From Macrostomum lignano (taxonomy: Eukaryota): 64,000 bases of DNA. The position numbers and the translations under genes were made by a program. Position 1 is the first letter of the stretch. Every line of letters starts with the position of its first letter. Positions 27,489-39,600 of the stretch are shown in pieces. The stretch is from NCBI GenBank assembly GCA_002269645.1, contig NIVC01000286.1, positions 248,001 to 312,000 of the forward strand, in the 5' to 3' direction. The notes under the pieces are model-generated. The model made no database searches. It was not told the origin of the DNA and worked only from the letters and a program-made list of their open reading frames with translations.

Positions 27489-28310
27489 GCTACTTACCGG
27501 TAGGCCAAGCATCAGTTGGAGAAGTTAGGGGTTGGGTTAAGCCATGGCTTAAGGGGAGTTGCTGAGATGCCAATGCTCAAATGAGATGCTGCATATCTTA
27601 AAGCTGGCTGTTTTACTTGTTTACTTAAACCATCACAATCTTGGAACTAACAATAGCGACTATATACAAGGTCTGCTGTTTTTGTTGTTTTCCCATTTTG
27701 GAGGCAAAAACTGCCAGTCTATTTAGCTACAAACTATCGCAAAAATTGCACACAAAACCCACTCTCGTTTTGGTCTGCTGCGCAATGTCCAAAGCGCTCT
27801 ACTGCAAGTAGCTGGGGTCAAATAATTAAGCAATTTTTTAAAAAAACGTTGATTGCTATCTCAGCTAAAAATATTAAAATATGATTGTTGAATTTCTCTC
27901 CTTATTCAAGCGCGACAATTCAATTTGATTAAAAAATGTCATCCTTGACGCATTTTCCCCTTTTTTTCGGAGATCTCCTCATATCCGAAATTTTTTGAAA
28001 GGCCGATCGAAACATGAAGTCCAGTTGGTTTGTGAAAGTTGCTGACGACCATTTTGCGTATTTTGGCATTGGCAAAAAAGAAAAAGAGAGATCTTATTGA
28101 TTTTTATACTCCAATGACTTTGAATGAGTCATTGGTGACAATGGAATTTAGTTATCTGATACAATTTGACGTGCTTTATGCTACTAAAAATAATAGAGCG
28201 AAGAACGCTTGCGATTACAATGTACATGTACTCTCGTAAGTAGCATCGTGTAAATTTTTTAGACAAGAATTATGATGTCAGCTGTTCAAGTTGCTTCATT
28301 TGGGGCTATA

Positions 28311-28736
28311 GCACCGGGGGCTTTAGCACCGGGGGCTTTAGCACCGGGGGCTTTAGCACCGGGGGCTTTAGCACCGGGGGCTTTAGCACCGGGGGCTTTA
28401 GCACCGGGGGCTTTAGCACCGGGGGCTTTAGCACCGGGGGCTTTAGCACCGGGGGCTTTAGCACCGGGGGCTTTAGCACCGGGGGCGCCAGAACCGGGGG
28501 GTGCCAGCACCGGGGGCTTTAGCACCGGGGGCGCCAGAACCGGGGGGTGCCAGCACCGGGGGCTTTAGCACCGGGGGCTTTAGCACCGGGGGCTTTAGCA
28601 CCGGGGGCTTTAGCACCGGGGGCTTTAGCACCGGGGGCTTTAGCGCCGGGGGCGCCAGCACCAGGGGCTTTAGCACCGGGGGCTTTAGCACCATGGGCGC
28701 CAGCACCGGGGGGGGGGGCCAGCACCGGGGCTTTAG
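28311..28736. repeat. 15-bp GC-rich repeat
   Basis: (GCACCGGGGGCTTTA)n with GGCGCCAG variants; followed at 28752-28764 by GGACACGCCCCTG (reverse complement CAGGGGCGTGTCC, like a hAT terminus). Confidence 0.95.
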
Positions 28737-29389
28737 CTGCTGACTCACCCTGGACACGCCCCTGAGTATCATAAAGTTCTCTCACATTTTCCCAGCACAA
28801 TTCGATATTTCAAGCTAGAAACCGGAACCGCGGCTTTCCCATGAGAAGCACGATTTTCTTGAATAAACCTGTGATGCATTGTGCCGTCACAATACTGCAG
28901 GGCGATGCATCGTTTCTTTCCGATAACGTGTTAAGCTTTAACTTTAGAGAATTGGCAATGAAGAAGGTGAGGAAAGATGAATTCAGAGTTAGGCAACACT
29001 GAGTGCTAGCAATCGACCCCGAGAGGATTGAGCTCTGAGCTGTGCTCATGTTGCCATCCACCGACGACAATATGAGTCAGTTTAGAGAGCCACCCCAGGA
29101 AGGCCATTCAAAATCGCGCCTTCGACCACCGCTATCAAAATTGCTCCAAGTGTTATGTAATAACTCCACCCAATTGGTCAGCCTTCCGCTGTGAGCTGCA
29201 GGTCTTGCTAAAATAACCTCAGTCATTCATTCATTCGGCCTCATAGTGCCTATGTGTGAGGCCTGGGTTGGATTTTAGACCACTCAATACATCTCTGTGG
29301 CGCACACGTAGGCAAGGGAGCTGCGCCCCCCCCCCCCAAACACAAGAACAATGGGCACCTTCATGGCGGCTGTGGTGCCTTCTGTGCTG

Positions 29390-29462
29390 GCGCCTCCGGT
29401 GCTGGCGCCCCGGTGCTAAAGCCCCCGGTGCTAAAGCCCCCGGTGCTAAAGCCTCTGGTGCT
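29390..29462. repeat. Short inverted copy of the same 15-bp repeat
   Basis: GGTGCTAAAGCCCCC repeats, the reverse complement of the 28311-28736 unit. Confidence 0.9.
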
Positions 29463-29918
29463 AGTGCCTCTGACAAACCTTAAATATAAAGAAACTTAAG
29501 ATAGGAAATCCTTTAGTTTTGTAATAGTAGTACGGAAGTATTTCCGAAAATTTAGTCCAGAAACTTGCTAACTAAGGAAGAGAAACTTGTTAATTTAATG
29601 CTAAGAGACTCATACAACACGGTTATTCGCGTAATTGTAAATTTAAAAGATGCACCTAAATTCTGTAACTTTTATGTCACTCGACCCTTGGCTCACGTCG
29701 GTGAAGAGATAGAAAACTGCAACATGGCTTAGACTGCTTAGAAATTAAAAAGTAAAAAATTAAGCCTAGTTCGATTCTAGCCAGTTTGTTGTTACATGCA
29801 AACCTAAGTACGTAAGCACTGACGCTATTGGGATAGCTCTATCAATAGAGATCACAGCAAAAATCAATTCTAGCTCAACATATCCTATCTATAAGACAAT
29901 GCTGGTCAAACTACCAAG

Positions 29919-32255
29919 CTACCAGAAGACGCACTTCCGCTTGGGATTCATTCGCGAACCGACTGGACAGCCGAAAGCGCCAGCAAAGTTCGGCGAATGC
30001 CTCATCATGCCCAACACTCGACGTCGATTCGAACTGTGCGTGGCGAACGAATGACCGAAAAGCATCTTGATGGCCCGGCTGTCGGCCTTGGCGCACCAGG
30101 ACTGCGCGAGCTGCACGAAGAACAGCTGCTCGTTGCTAAGGCTGGCAACGATTCCTGGCAGAGAAGGCACCGATTCAAAATCTCCTCCGGTGGCCAGAAG
30201 CAATCCGCGGTAGGCTGCGGACACGCCGATAATGTCCGATATGTCATTGCTGAGGCTACCCAGGCCGCCGGAATACGAGTCTGGCAGTGTCAGATAGTCG
30301 TCAAAGGCGCATTTCATCCGTTTAAGATAGCCGGTTTCGGTGGCCGAGTCCCAGGTGTGGCCGGAGGCGCCGTCCTTGCTCAGCGTGTGTCCGTAAGCGT
30401 CAAATGCGTGACCGATCTCGTGGCCGGCGATGAAGCCGAGCCCCGCCAAGTTGGCGTACACCGGGTAGCCTGGATGGTACATCGGCGGCTGCAGCAGGGC
30501 CAGCGGGAAGATGACTCGATTCTCGCGGAAGTAGTTATAAGCGTTCACCACTAGGGTGTTGAGTGTGGCGAAGACCGGGGCAGTGAAGTTCCGCGTCAAG
30601 GCTTGCAGAGCCCGAGACTGATAGGAGCAGAGGGCGGCGAAGTAGAGTTTCGCGAAGTCGTTAGAGTCAGCTGGTGAAGCTGCGTGCTTAGCGATGCAGG
30701 GATAGTGCATGCGTTTCACTTCTTCAGGTGAAAGCTCGTCGAAGCCAATTGCTTGTCGCACGGCCAGAATTTTCTCGGCCACCTTAAGACGACTCTGCAG
30801 CGAAATCCAACCACCCGAGGTCTGAGCGGCGCCAGCGGAGGCTGACTTCACCCAGCCAACCAGTCTGTGTACGTGAGAAAAATCGACAGGCAGGTAAGCC
30901 AGCCGGTACATTCGCTCCACTACGGGCTGCAGAAGTCGCCGGCTCAACCGGAGGCACTCGCGAGCTATCGCTGCCCCAACTGGAATTCGTGAAATCAATC
31001 GGTCGTCCTCGGCTATGCCCGCGACAACCGCGCCGCCGCCTTCTTCCTCCTCATCGGGTTTTGCTAACATTGCTGACAACTCGAACGGCAAGAAAACTCG
31101 AAATTTAACGAGCCAATCAAGCACTAGAAGTGCCTGAATGAATGGACGGCGTTCTCTGTTGATTCGAGCGTCTTCCAAAGCTTCGAGGAGCGTACGCGTC
31201 TGTTGAACATTATCCACTACTATGATTGCGTCGTAGTCTAAGCTTGCACCGCTGAGCGACATCAGCTCATCAAAAAAGACTTCCCAATCGAAACTTCCAA
31301 TCGAAGTGTCATCCTTGAGCTCACCGATCCGTCTAGTAATGGACTTGTCCGAGTCGCTTCTGTTTACCAAACCAGGTCCGAACAATGCAGACGCGATTGA
31401 AGACAGTTGTCCAACCGTTTGGTTAGGTTGGAGTGCATCGCTAATGTGCGGGCTCAGTCGCTGGATTAGGTGAGCGAGATGGTCCAGAGCGCTAGAGTGA
31501 ACTCGGCTCCAAATGAGTGTTTCGCTAAGATTGACAATCAGGTGAGCTCGGGTCAAGTCTCTCAGAGGCGAGTTAGGCTGGTGTTCTTTCAACATACTTT
31601 CAACCAATCGATCGGAGATGCTCACGCGAAAGGTACCTCCGACGCCTGTGCTGGCGATTCGAGCAAGCAACCGTTCGGGCCAAAATTTCGTGTCACTGCT
31701 GACACCCGACAAAAGTCTCTCCAGTAAGGAGCTTACGAATGATACGGACAATGACTTTGAGCCCTTTGTCCCTAGATCCACTTTCTGCCACCAGGACTGA
31801 CATTCCTGGTAATAAGACTGGGCAAAACTATGCACCACCTTCAACTTTGAATCGCCTGTAGTTCCATTAAGCTTCGGTATGGTCAATACTTCGTGCAAGC
31901 GGTCCAATACTTCGTAGCGCATAGCCGTCATTGTCTCGACATAGTTGACACCCTGCAGGTTGACTCCGTCCTCCTGAAACTTGTAGTGCACGTGCTGACC
32001 AAAATTACCGCAGGCGTATTCATAGAAATCGTCACATGGATCGACTGACAGATTGATGCTCTTCGACATTGAAGCGCCGAGAGCTACGCATTCAGGCGTC
32101 TGGCAGGTCTGTCTGACTTTTGACAACCCGTTGCAGCGCTGAACAATAACGCCGAGGTACACAGCGGCAGATAAGCAGATTAATAGGAGAATAAAAATTG
32201 CTAGAAGAGCAGCTCTGTATGTCTTCGCCGAGAACGCCATGCAATCAATTGGCAC
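29919..32255 (-). CDS. M13 family zinc metallopeptidase (neprilysin/ECE-like), type II membrane protein, one uninterrupted ORF of ~775 aa
   Basis: N-terminal TM (AALLAIFILLLICLSAAVYLG), CQTPEC, VDPCDDFYEYACG, VNAYNY, FPLALLQPPMY, GHEIGH (HExxH), THSS..RV and C-terminal CPVGSRMNPKRKCVFW. First ATG at 32240; the track start at 32255 is GTG. Confidence 0.93.
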   Translation of the reverse strand: MPIDCMAFSAKTYRAALLAIFILLLICLSAAVYLGVIVQRCNGLSKVRQTCQTPECVALGASMSKSINLSVDPCDDFYEYACGNFGQHVHYKFQEDGVNLQGVNYVETMTAMRYEVLDRLHEVLTIPKLNGTTGDSKLKVVHSFAQSYYQECQSWWQKVDLGTKGSKSLSVSFVSSLLERLLSGVSSDTKFWPERLLARIASTGVGGTFRVSISDRLVESMLKEHQPNSPLRDLTRAHLIVNLSETLIWSRVHSSALDHLAHLIQRLSPHISDALQPNQTVGQLSSIASALFGPGLVNRSDSDKSITRRIGELKDDTSIGSFDWEVFFDELMSLSGASLDYDAIIVVDNVQQTRTLLEALEDARINRERRPFIQALLVLDWLVKFRVFLPFELSAMLAKPDEEEEGGGAVVAGIAEDDRLISRIPVGAAIARECLRLSRRLLQPVVERMYRLAYLPVDFSHVHRLVGWVKSASAGAAQTSGGWISLQSRLKVAEKILAVRQAIGFDELSPEEVKRMHYPCIAKHAASPADSNDFAKLYFAALCSYQSRALQALTRNFTAPVFATLNTLVVNAYNYFRENRVIFPLALLQPPMYHPGYPVYANLAGLGFIAGHEIGHAFDAYGHTLSKDGASGHTWDSATETGYLKRMKCAFDDYLTLPDSYSGGLGSLSNDISDIIGVSAAYRGLLLATGGDFESVPSLPGIVASLSNEQLFFVQLAQSWCAKADSRAIKMLFGHSFATHSSNRRRVLGMMRHSPNFAGAFGCPVGSRMNPKRKCVFW

Positions 32256-35200
32256 TTTTACTATTCAGGTATAGACAGCTGCTTGGGCTTGTTTTACCAC
32301 CAGTCAAAGTAGCTAATGAGAAAAGCTGATGGTCAGTTGCACCGAAACCCAACGCTTTAGGGCCTGGACGGAATCGCAGGCCATGGCGGCATCGAGTTAG
32401 GTAAAGTCTTACCGTTGCCCCCGCGTACGATGCCGTGCAGTTCTATGCAGGCAACAGCAAGCTTTCGGGGTGGCCACAACAGCAGCCGTTCTTTGAACGC
32501 CAAAACCAACCCACCCTGCACCACCCGCCGAGTAGAATCCGAGGATGTAACTTCTTCCCAACTGGCTGCTGGCTCTCCAATAGCCATCGCCATCGACTAA
32601 CTATACAAGCTTGTGACGTGGCTAAGTCAGAAGTTATCGAAGCGTTTTGATAGCCAGCGAGTGCCAGCACATGCACATGTACAAATTCTGTATGATAAAG
32701 GTGAATGAGGTCTGAAAGCCGAAAATAATGCATTCCTGTTATCATTCATTGTTATAGTACAAAAGTCCCCTAAAAGTGGCGTTTAAACAATCAGCCCCAA
32801 TGATCCCGACTAGAATCAAAATGCAATGTTCTAGAACAAATCATCAGTTCGAAAAAATAGCTGAAATTTTGGATCGATCGATTAGCAAAAAAGTTCTAGA
32901 AGCAAAGAACCACACCACGCGTAGAAAATTTATTTTCCCATCAAATTTTCTCTTACTAAAAGGGACCTTCACAGGGCTGCACCTTCTTGACAAGACTTAA
33001 AGAGGGGCATTTAGGCATGGCTTTCAATTTGATAATGGAATGCTTTTAGTTAGTAGCTTTTGAGGCACAGGACGGACCAATTCTTTGTCTTGGAGAGCAG
33101 GTCGTGCTGCTGATCCAAAGCCCCTAGCGGAATGACTGATGTCTCCTGGGAAATTCTCGGCTGGGGATGACGTCTCAGCTGAGGGAAGCGACCATCTCCG
33201 GAGAAGGAATGCAGGATTATATTCAAAATCCGACGCCCGGTTGTGTACACAAAGGCGGCACGCTTACGCTGTAAGCAGCTGCATAGATGAGGTAACCCGA
33301 TACAAAAAGGCTGAAAGAGGCCGGCCCCCGTGAACGAGAAAAAAATTATGCTATATAGCTATCGAATATGACGAACAAAGACCGCAAATTGTACCCCAAA
33401 TCAATCGAAGGGAGTTTTTCATCCCATGCGGGGGAGCGACTGTTTGCAGATGTCTTCCCTGAAAGCTGCCTGTCTGTCTGTCTCCTATGCCCCTAATGCC
33501 TCGAGACATGTAGTCGTCGCTTAGTGGGGTTTTTTTCTTGCTTCAGACTGAAGGATTGTTGAGAACGAATGGAGTAGACTATAAAGGGGAGCTGGTAAAA
33601 AAGCTGTGTAATTTGCATTTTTATCCTTCGTGACAACTGCAAACAAGTATGGGCTGTTGCAGCTCAATGCTTAGCTGAGCAGTTCCGACAAAGACAGAGC
33701 CATGCAGATCAGCTCAAACTCAAGCCAGTACCCACATAATCTCAGACGGCAGGTCTCATTGCAAGGGTTTTATGTGGGCTGTATAATTAACATATAAGCT
33801 TATGCAGCACTGATCAGAGTGAGTGCACTTACAGTGTAAAATAAAAACCAATTTGAGTAAAAATTCCGCTCAGGGAAGACAAAGACTTGGGGACAGGAGC
33901 CGGGCAAATGCTTATTTTTACGCTCTCTTGCACATTGCAAATCCCCTTTTTAACCCCGCGAATCCCAATCCTAGTGCAAGTCAAGTGGCGCATACGCAGC
34001 AGTTCTTTATTCGTTTAAACCCATAGTCACTGTGTTAACAGCTGCAGTAGATCATGCCTGGATGATGTCTCTTCTGACTGCAGGCTGCATCAGCAGCAGG
34101 TGGTATCCCCTCTTTATCGCACCTTTCTTTTTCCTTTGCATAAATCGTAGTCCACGCGGTTCAATTCTAAACTTATAAATTCTTTCACAAATAAAACAAA
34201 ATCCTGCGCGATTTGAAGCCCCTATATTCTCCATGACTCAGTAAGCTTAGATTGACACTACTCTGTAATAATGTATGATACACCTGCGCAATGTTTGCAT
34301 GCAGCAATTGAGGGAAGAAATTTGTATAGGAATCTAATATAATAATCCTTCTGCTATGCCTGTGTATAGTAAAAGCCAAAGTGGAAACGAATTGCTTTTT
34401 ATGTTGCGTAACAAGGCAAATAGAAATGGAATGGAAGGTTTTAACTATCTAAATATACTAAATACAGGATATTACAGCTGCTTCGTAACAAATGCCAATG
34501 ATATGGAAAGAAAGACCGAGGGATATTGATTACAGGCTTCGTGGTGGGTTGGTTTGAAGGTGCGCGAGCAAGGTGGTAGAGGTGCAGATTACCATGCAGG
34601 GCATGATAAATTAAAGGCATAATTTTATAATTCCATGCGCGAGAAACGGTGGCTCTATAACTCGTATAGCTTTTCTTTTGCTTTGGGAAAACTTTTAAGG
34701 CAGCTTAATACTCACCAAATTTTGTAATGAGTTGCATTGATTACGTAATCAGTAGCGGTCATTTCGGGCTGCACTGTGATGTGTGATGACACGAATACGA
34801 GTATATAAAGGTGATGAATAGCTTGCACGGAGGGATGAGAAGCTAGAAATATAGTCATAGCTTGCCACTCTCAATATTGAGTGAAGAGAGCAGAGAGATG
34901 AGAGATAACAAATTAGAGGGGAGAGAGATAAGAGATTAGAGATGAGAGATGAGAGGGGGGAGAAGAGAACTGGAGGATACTAAAATAAAGCAATATTACA
35001 GATGGCTAATGCAGAAATGCTGACATCTAAATGCAAGACAACAAACAGTAACAGAACAAAGTCCGCTAGTCTTGAATGAGTGAGAGCTGTAGACTAAAAA
35101 TACTCGTACTAATAGCTAGTTATGAAAAAAGCGTCCCATTTCGAGACCCACAAATATCCACATGAACGAACTCAAGCTTCAGTTTTAAAAAAATGTATGA

Positions 35201-36604
35201 AAATAAGAAAAAATACAACCAAATTCCAGGTCAAAGCAGAACAAAGACCTACAAAAACTGGGAAACCGTGACACTATATTCGCTTATTAAAAACAAAATA
35301 GCAGAAAGGAAGGAAATGCACTGCACAAGCTTGTAAAGCTAAGGCTAAACATAAATAAAAGGCTCAAACCCTGACTATTTTCGGATGAATGCCTAGTGCA
35401 ATTGCACATGGTTATGGCTTCATTTTAGCCCCTCTCTCTACTGCCTTGTCTTTGTTGATCTCATTTATTCGAGGTCGCACCCCCTGTCTATAGAGGGAAG
35501 GGGTGGGGGCCAAAGCTCTCCGCCTCACATCCATCTTCTTCTACTAGGGGGCTTGATTGATTCAGATGTTGAGCAGGAATGAAGAAACATCGTGAACGAA
35601 CGAACAGGCAAGAAAGACCCCCCCCAAAATCCCATAATTAATATAACTAAGGAGGGGGCCCGCCCGGCTCGGTGATGGAAATGAATGAGCGGTCTAGCAA
35701 AGCGTCAAGCATGCCTCCTGTCGCCTGTCTGCTTTTTAGTTTTTCAGCTTTTCAGCTTTTTGCAGGATTACAAAGACTTCGCTTTTTTCGTTCTCGGCTT
35801 CTCGCTCATAAAATATTCAGAATCCTTCCACTCCCTCGGGGCGGCCCGGGGCAATATCTTATCGTTTCTGTATCATTTAGGCTATAAAAATCCGCCGGCA
35901 GTCCCCTCCCCCATTCCCGTGGAAATTTTCTCCGGGCGGGGGGAGAGATAAACGTCTGTGATCTGAAAGAGGAACAAGGACTGACTGACGCCCCAATACT
36001 TTTGCCTCGGGCGGCATGAAATCTCCGATAGATTGCAGCTACGACCTAGAGATGATAGGCTTTAAAAACTATTCTCCCAGCCGATTAGAAGAATCGCGTC
36101 AAACTCAAACCCCACACCGGCTTTCTCCCTTTAACCATGGGGGGCGGGGGACATTTGCGAACAGAACAGCACAATATACACGGAGCAGCTGTATAAGACA
36201 GCAGATTGGTTGCTTATTTGGCCTGTTTGTTGGGGTTATAATAGTAGGCCGTAGGGTTTAAATTACGGGTGACGCGAACTGGTCTGGGGTGGTGGGGGTG
36301 GCTTGAGCGATAAGGGGGACCCTAGTATCGCTTTCCTATTGGCTGTCGCGTTTCAGACTGAACTGAGGAGGTTCCAGTCCATCCAGTCCTCTGAATGTAC
36401 ATTGGATGTTCACAAGACCCAACCCCCTTGACAAAGTCCCCCCGCCCCGATTCCCTAATAAGATAAAACGAAAGGAAGGGACAGTTGAAATCGGGACACA
36501 CTATATATATCGATAACCAGACGAGAAAGGCGACCGGGCTGGCTTATTGATTATTATTTGAGTGACGAAGACCTCTGAGAATTTCTGCCCTGTTAGCTAG
36601 AGAA

Positions 36605-39600
36605 ATGCTAACTCGTCGAGAATATCTGCTCTATCCGACCTCGATGCAGAGCCTTGTCTCCTCCTCTGGTGGTGGCGGAGGCGGCGCCTCAAATCCGGGC
36701 CTTCGTATCGCGGAATCGCCGCGTCACGGACGCGAACAAGATGCCGAAGAATTTGAGAATGACTCGGTATATTGCATTTGACCAGGCCGACTAACCCTGC
36801 TGCTAGTGCTAACGCTACTACTAATACTAGTAATTGGAATCAGCAGCAGCCTGCTTCTAGTAGAAGACAGGGCCCATCCACACCAGTGTCAGCAACAAAG
36901 AGCATTAGCTGCCTTCGTTTAGGCCTGTTCGCTGCATTTGTACTAATTCTCCTAGGCGTTATTGTCACGTCTACTTACGCTATTAATACGCGCCTGTCGC
37001 AAGTACCGCAACTGTTGTACGCCGGTCTGGGACTGTGCTGTAAGTTGACTGTATCTTTCTAGTAATGTTGATGATGCTTGTTTTGGGAAAAAGGCCAGAA
37101 AGCCAAGAACTTAGGTTAGGCCTTTTTTCAATGCAATCTCCCACAACTGTCTGTCTCTGACTCATTTCCCATCGCTTTTTATCTAACTCGAATGAATTAC
37201 TGTGCAGGACTCTTTTTAATTTTGTTTATCTGATCTACAAAGTTAATGGGATTGCCGATTACGGGGGGAAAAGCTGCGAGGTCAACCAGTGCACAATATA
37301 ATGGAATCCGAATTGAATCTCCAGGGCGATTCTACAGCAAATCCAATCTGAATATTTAACTTATTTATTAGTGCCCAATATCCAGGGTTTGTGCGCATAG
37401 TAACCCACTGCCACTAACAACTAAAGACGCTAAGTTGCCAAAGGGAAACTGTGTGGGCAAACACCGTTATTTACATTGAAAGCCTGATTTGCGCTGCCCC
37501 CTCTCTGTCTATCTACAAGAGTAATCAATTTTCCCGTGCTGCTCCCTTCCCAAAGCTTTTCGCGTCGGTGTTTTAACGATGATTACGCAATCGGTTCGGT
37601 CGGTTCCGCTTTTTGCGGATTCGGATATTTCTACTGTAATCAATTCTTCTTTTATCTAAACTCTTGCCGGCAGTGAATCACTGAACTGCAGATTTCTGTG
37701 ATAGTAAAGTTAGTAAGGTCGTGTCTTATCTATTCGATTGTAACTGCTAGTTTAGAATGCCATCTGTTGCTGCTGTGTATAATATAGCTACTGATATCTA
37801 GATTAGCAATTCGTCTGCCTATTACGTACGTAGGTAGGCTTAAAAAGGATTTGTTTACTTCTTGTGCGCGGTTTTAACCTGAATGAACTGAAGAGACCCC
37901 TGAGATATGGAGTTCATCTTGATGCCCGTTCCGCTATGGTCTGTACATTTTTGGCTTAATACATCATAACAGAGAATGAGAAACAGAGAACAGAGAAACC
38001 CCTCCTAGCAGGTATCAGCCCCTTTCCCCTCCTAACACCCCTGTCCCCTCCTAGCACCCCCTGTCCCCTCCTAGCACCCCCTGTCCCCTCCTAGCACCCC
38101 TGTCCCCTCCTAGCACCCCTGTCCCCTCCTAGCACCCCCTGTCCCCTCCTAGCACCCCCTGTCCCCTCCTAGCACCCCCTGTCCCCTCCTAGCACCCCCT
38201 GTCCCCTCCTAGCACCCCCTGTCCCCTCCTAGCACCCCCTGTCCCCTCCTAGCACCCCCTGTCCCCTCCTAGCACCCCCTGTCCCCTCCTAGCACCCCTG
38301 TCCCCTCCTAGCACCCCCTGTCCCCTCCTAGCACCCCCTGTCCCCTCCTAGCACCCCCTGTCCCCTCCTAGCACCCCCTGTCCCCTCCTAGCACCCCTGT
38401 CCCCTCCTAGCACCCCCTGTCCCCTCCTAGCACCCCCTGTCCCCTCCTAGCACCCCCTGTCCCCTCCTAGCACCCCCTGTCCCCTCCTAGCACCCCCTGT
38501 CCCCTCCTAGCACCCCCTGTCCCCTCCTAGCACCCCCTGTCCCCTCCTAGCACCCCCTGTCCTCTCCTAGCACCCCCTGTCCCAGCACCGCCATCACCTG
38601 ACACTCCATTAGCAATCCATTGCTAGTCTATACCAAGCGCAACACATTGAAATTCTGGTTGTAGCCCCTAGGGAAATCAAGCTAGTATTCTGTCTGTCTG
38701 CAGTCATGACTGTATCTATATCTGCTTAACAAAGACACGAACTAACTATACTGTAGATTGCAGTGAGATATATCTTATCCAGTGAGTGAATCTGTGGTGT
38801 CCCGAATTCATTCCTTCATTGGTGACCCGAATTTCAGTCAAGGCTCACCGCTGACAAAAACACCCCTACCCTAAACCTACCCTTACTTTACCCAGCGCCT
38901 CCGCTTAATCATATCATGAATGCTGTTGACTCATATTTTGATTATGCACTACTGACAAAGAGGGCCAGCAGTCAAGATTTACCAACTGAGTTCGGAGAAT
39001 CACCGAGCTAATTTCTGGGGTAACTTGCTTTTTTATTACCAAACCAACCTTCCATATTTGGTCATTTCATCACTAAGTCCAGAAACGGCCTGTTATATTT
39101 AACTAATAATATAAAGCGACAAATTTTTATACAAAGCAAAGTATTATTATATTCATTGTTAACTCGAGTGGAATTGAGTGGGGAGGGGGGGGCGGTTAGA
39201 GATCCGAGAAACAGGCCAAGGCTTGTTGTGTACTCCAAGCTCAGCTCAACGAGGCACGCTTGTTTTACTGTGCCAGTACCTGCATGTATTAATTATTCTT
39301 TGTGGAAGTTGTCTCAAAATCCGTCTATATAGCCTCGTGTGCACATTAACCCCTCGAATTACTCATAAACCGGTTCAATGAGTTATGAGTTGTTCTTCTT
39401 GCGGAATTACTATTGAAAGCTAGTTTAGTTCCGATAACACTCAAATAAGTTTCATATTTAAAAAAAATGCTTAGAGTAAAGGTTCATGCGTTTTCACGTT
39501 TTGACCTAATATTCAAAAGTTAGGATTTGGGATTCAAAAGGTTGCGATTTTGGATTCAAAAAGGTTTGGAATTTGAGATTTAAGGTATTTGATTCTGGAC

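Noticed and set aside
28810-29070. 86-aa ORF between the inverted 15-bp arrays as a possible transposase remnant
   Set aside because: No DDE or other transposase motif recognised on either strand.
29997-31800. Plus-strand ORFs overlapping the M13 gene
   Set aside because: Antisense shadows of a GC-rich coding sequence.
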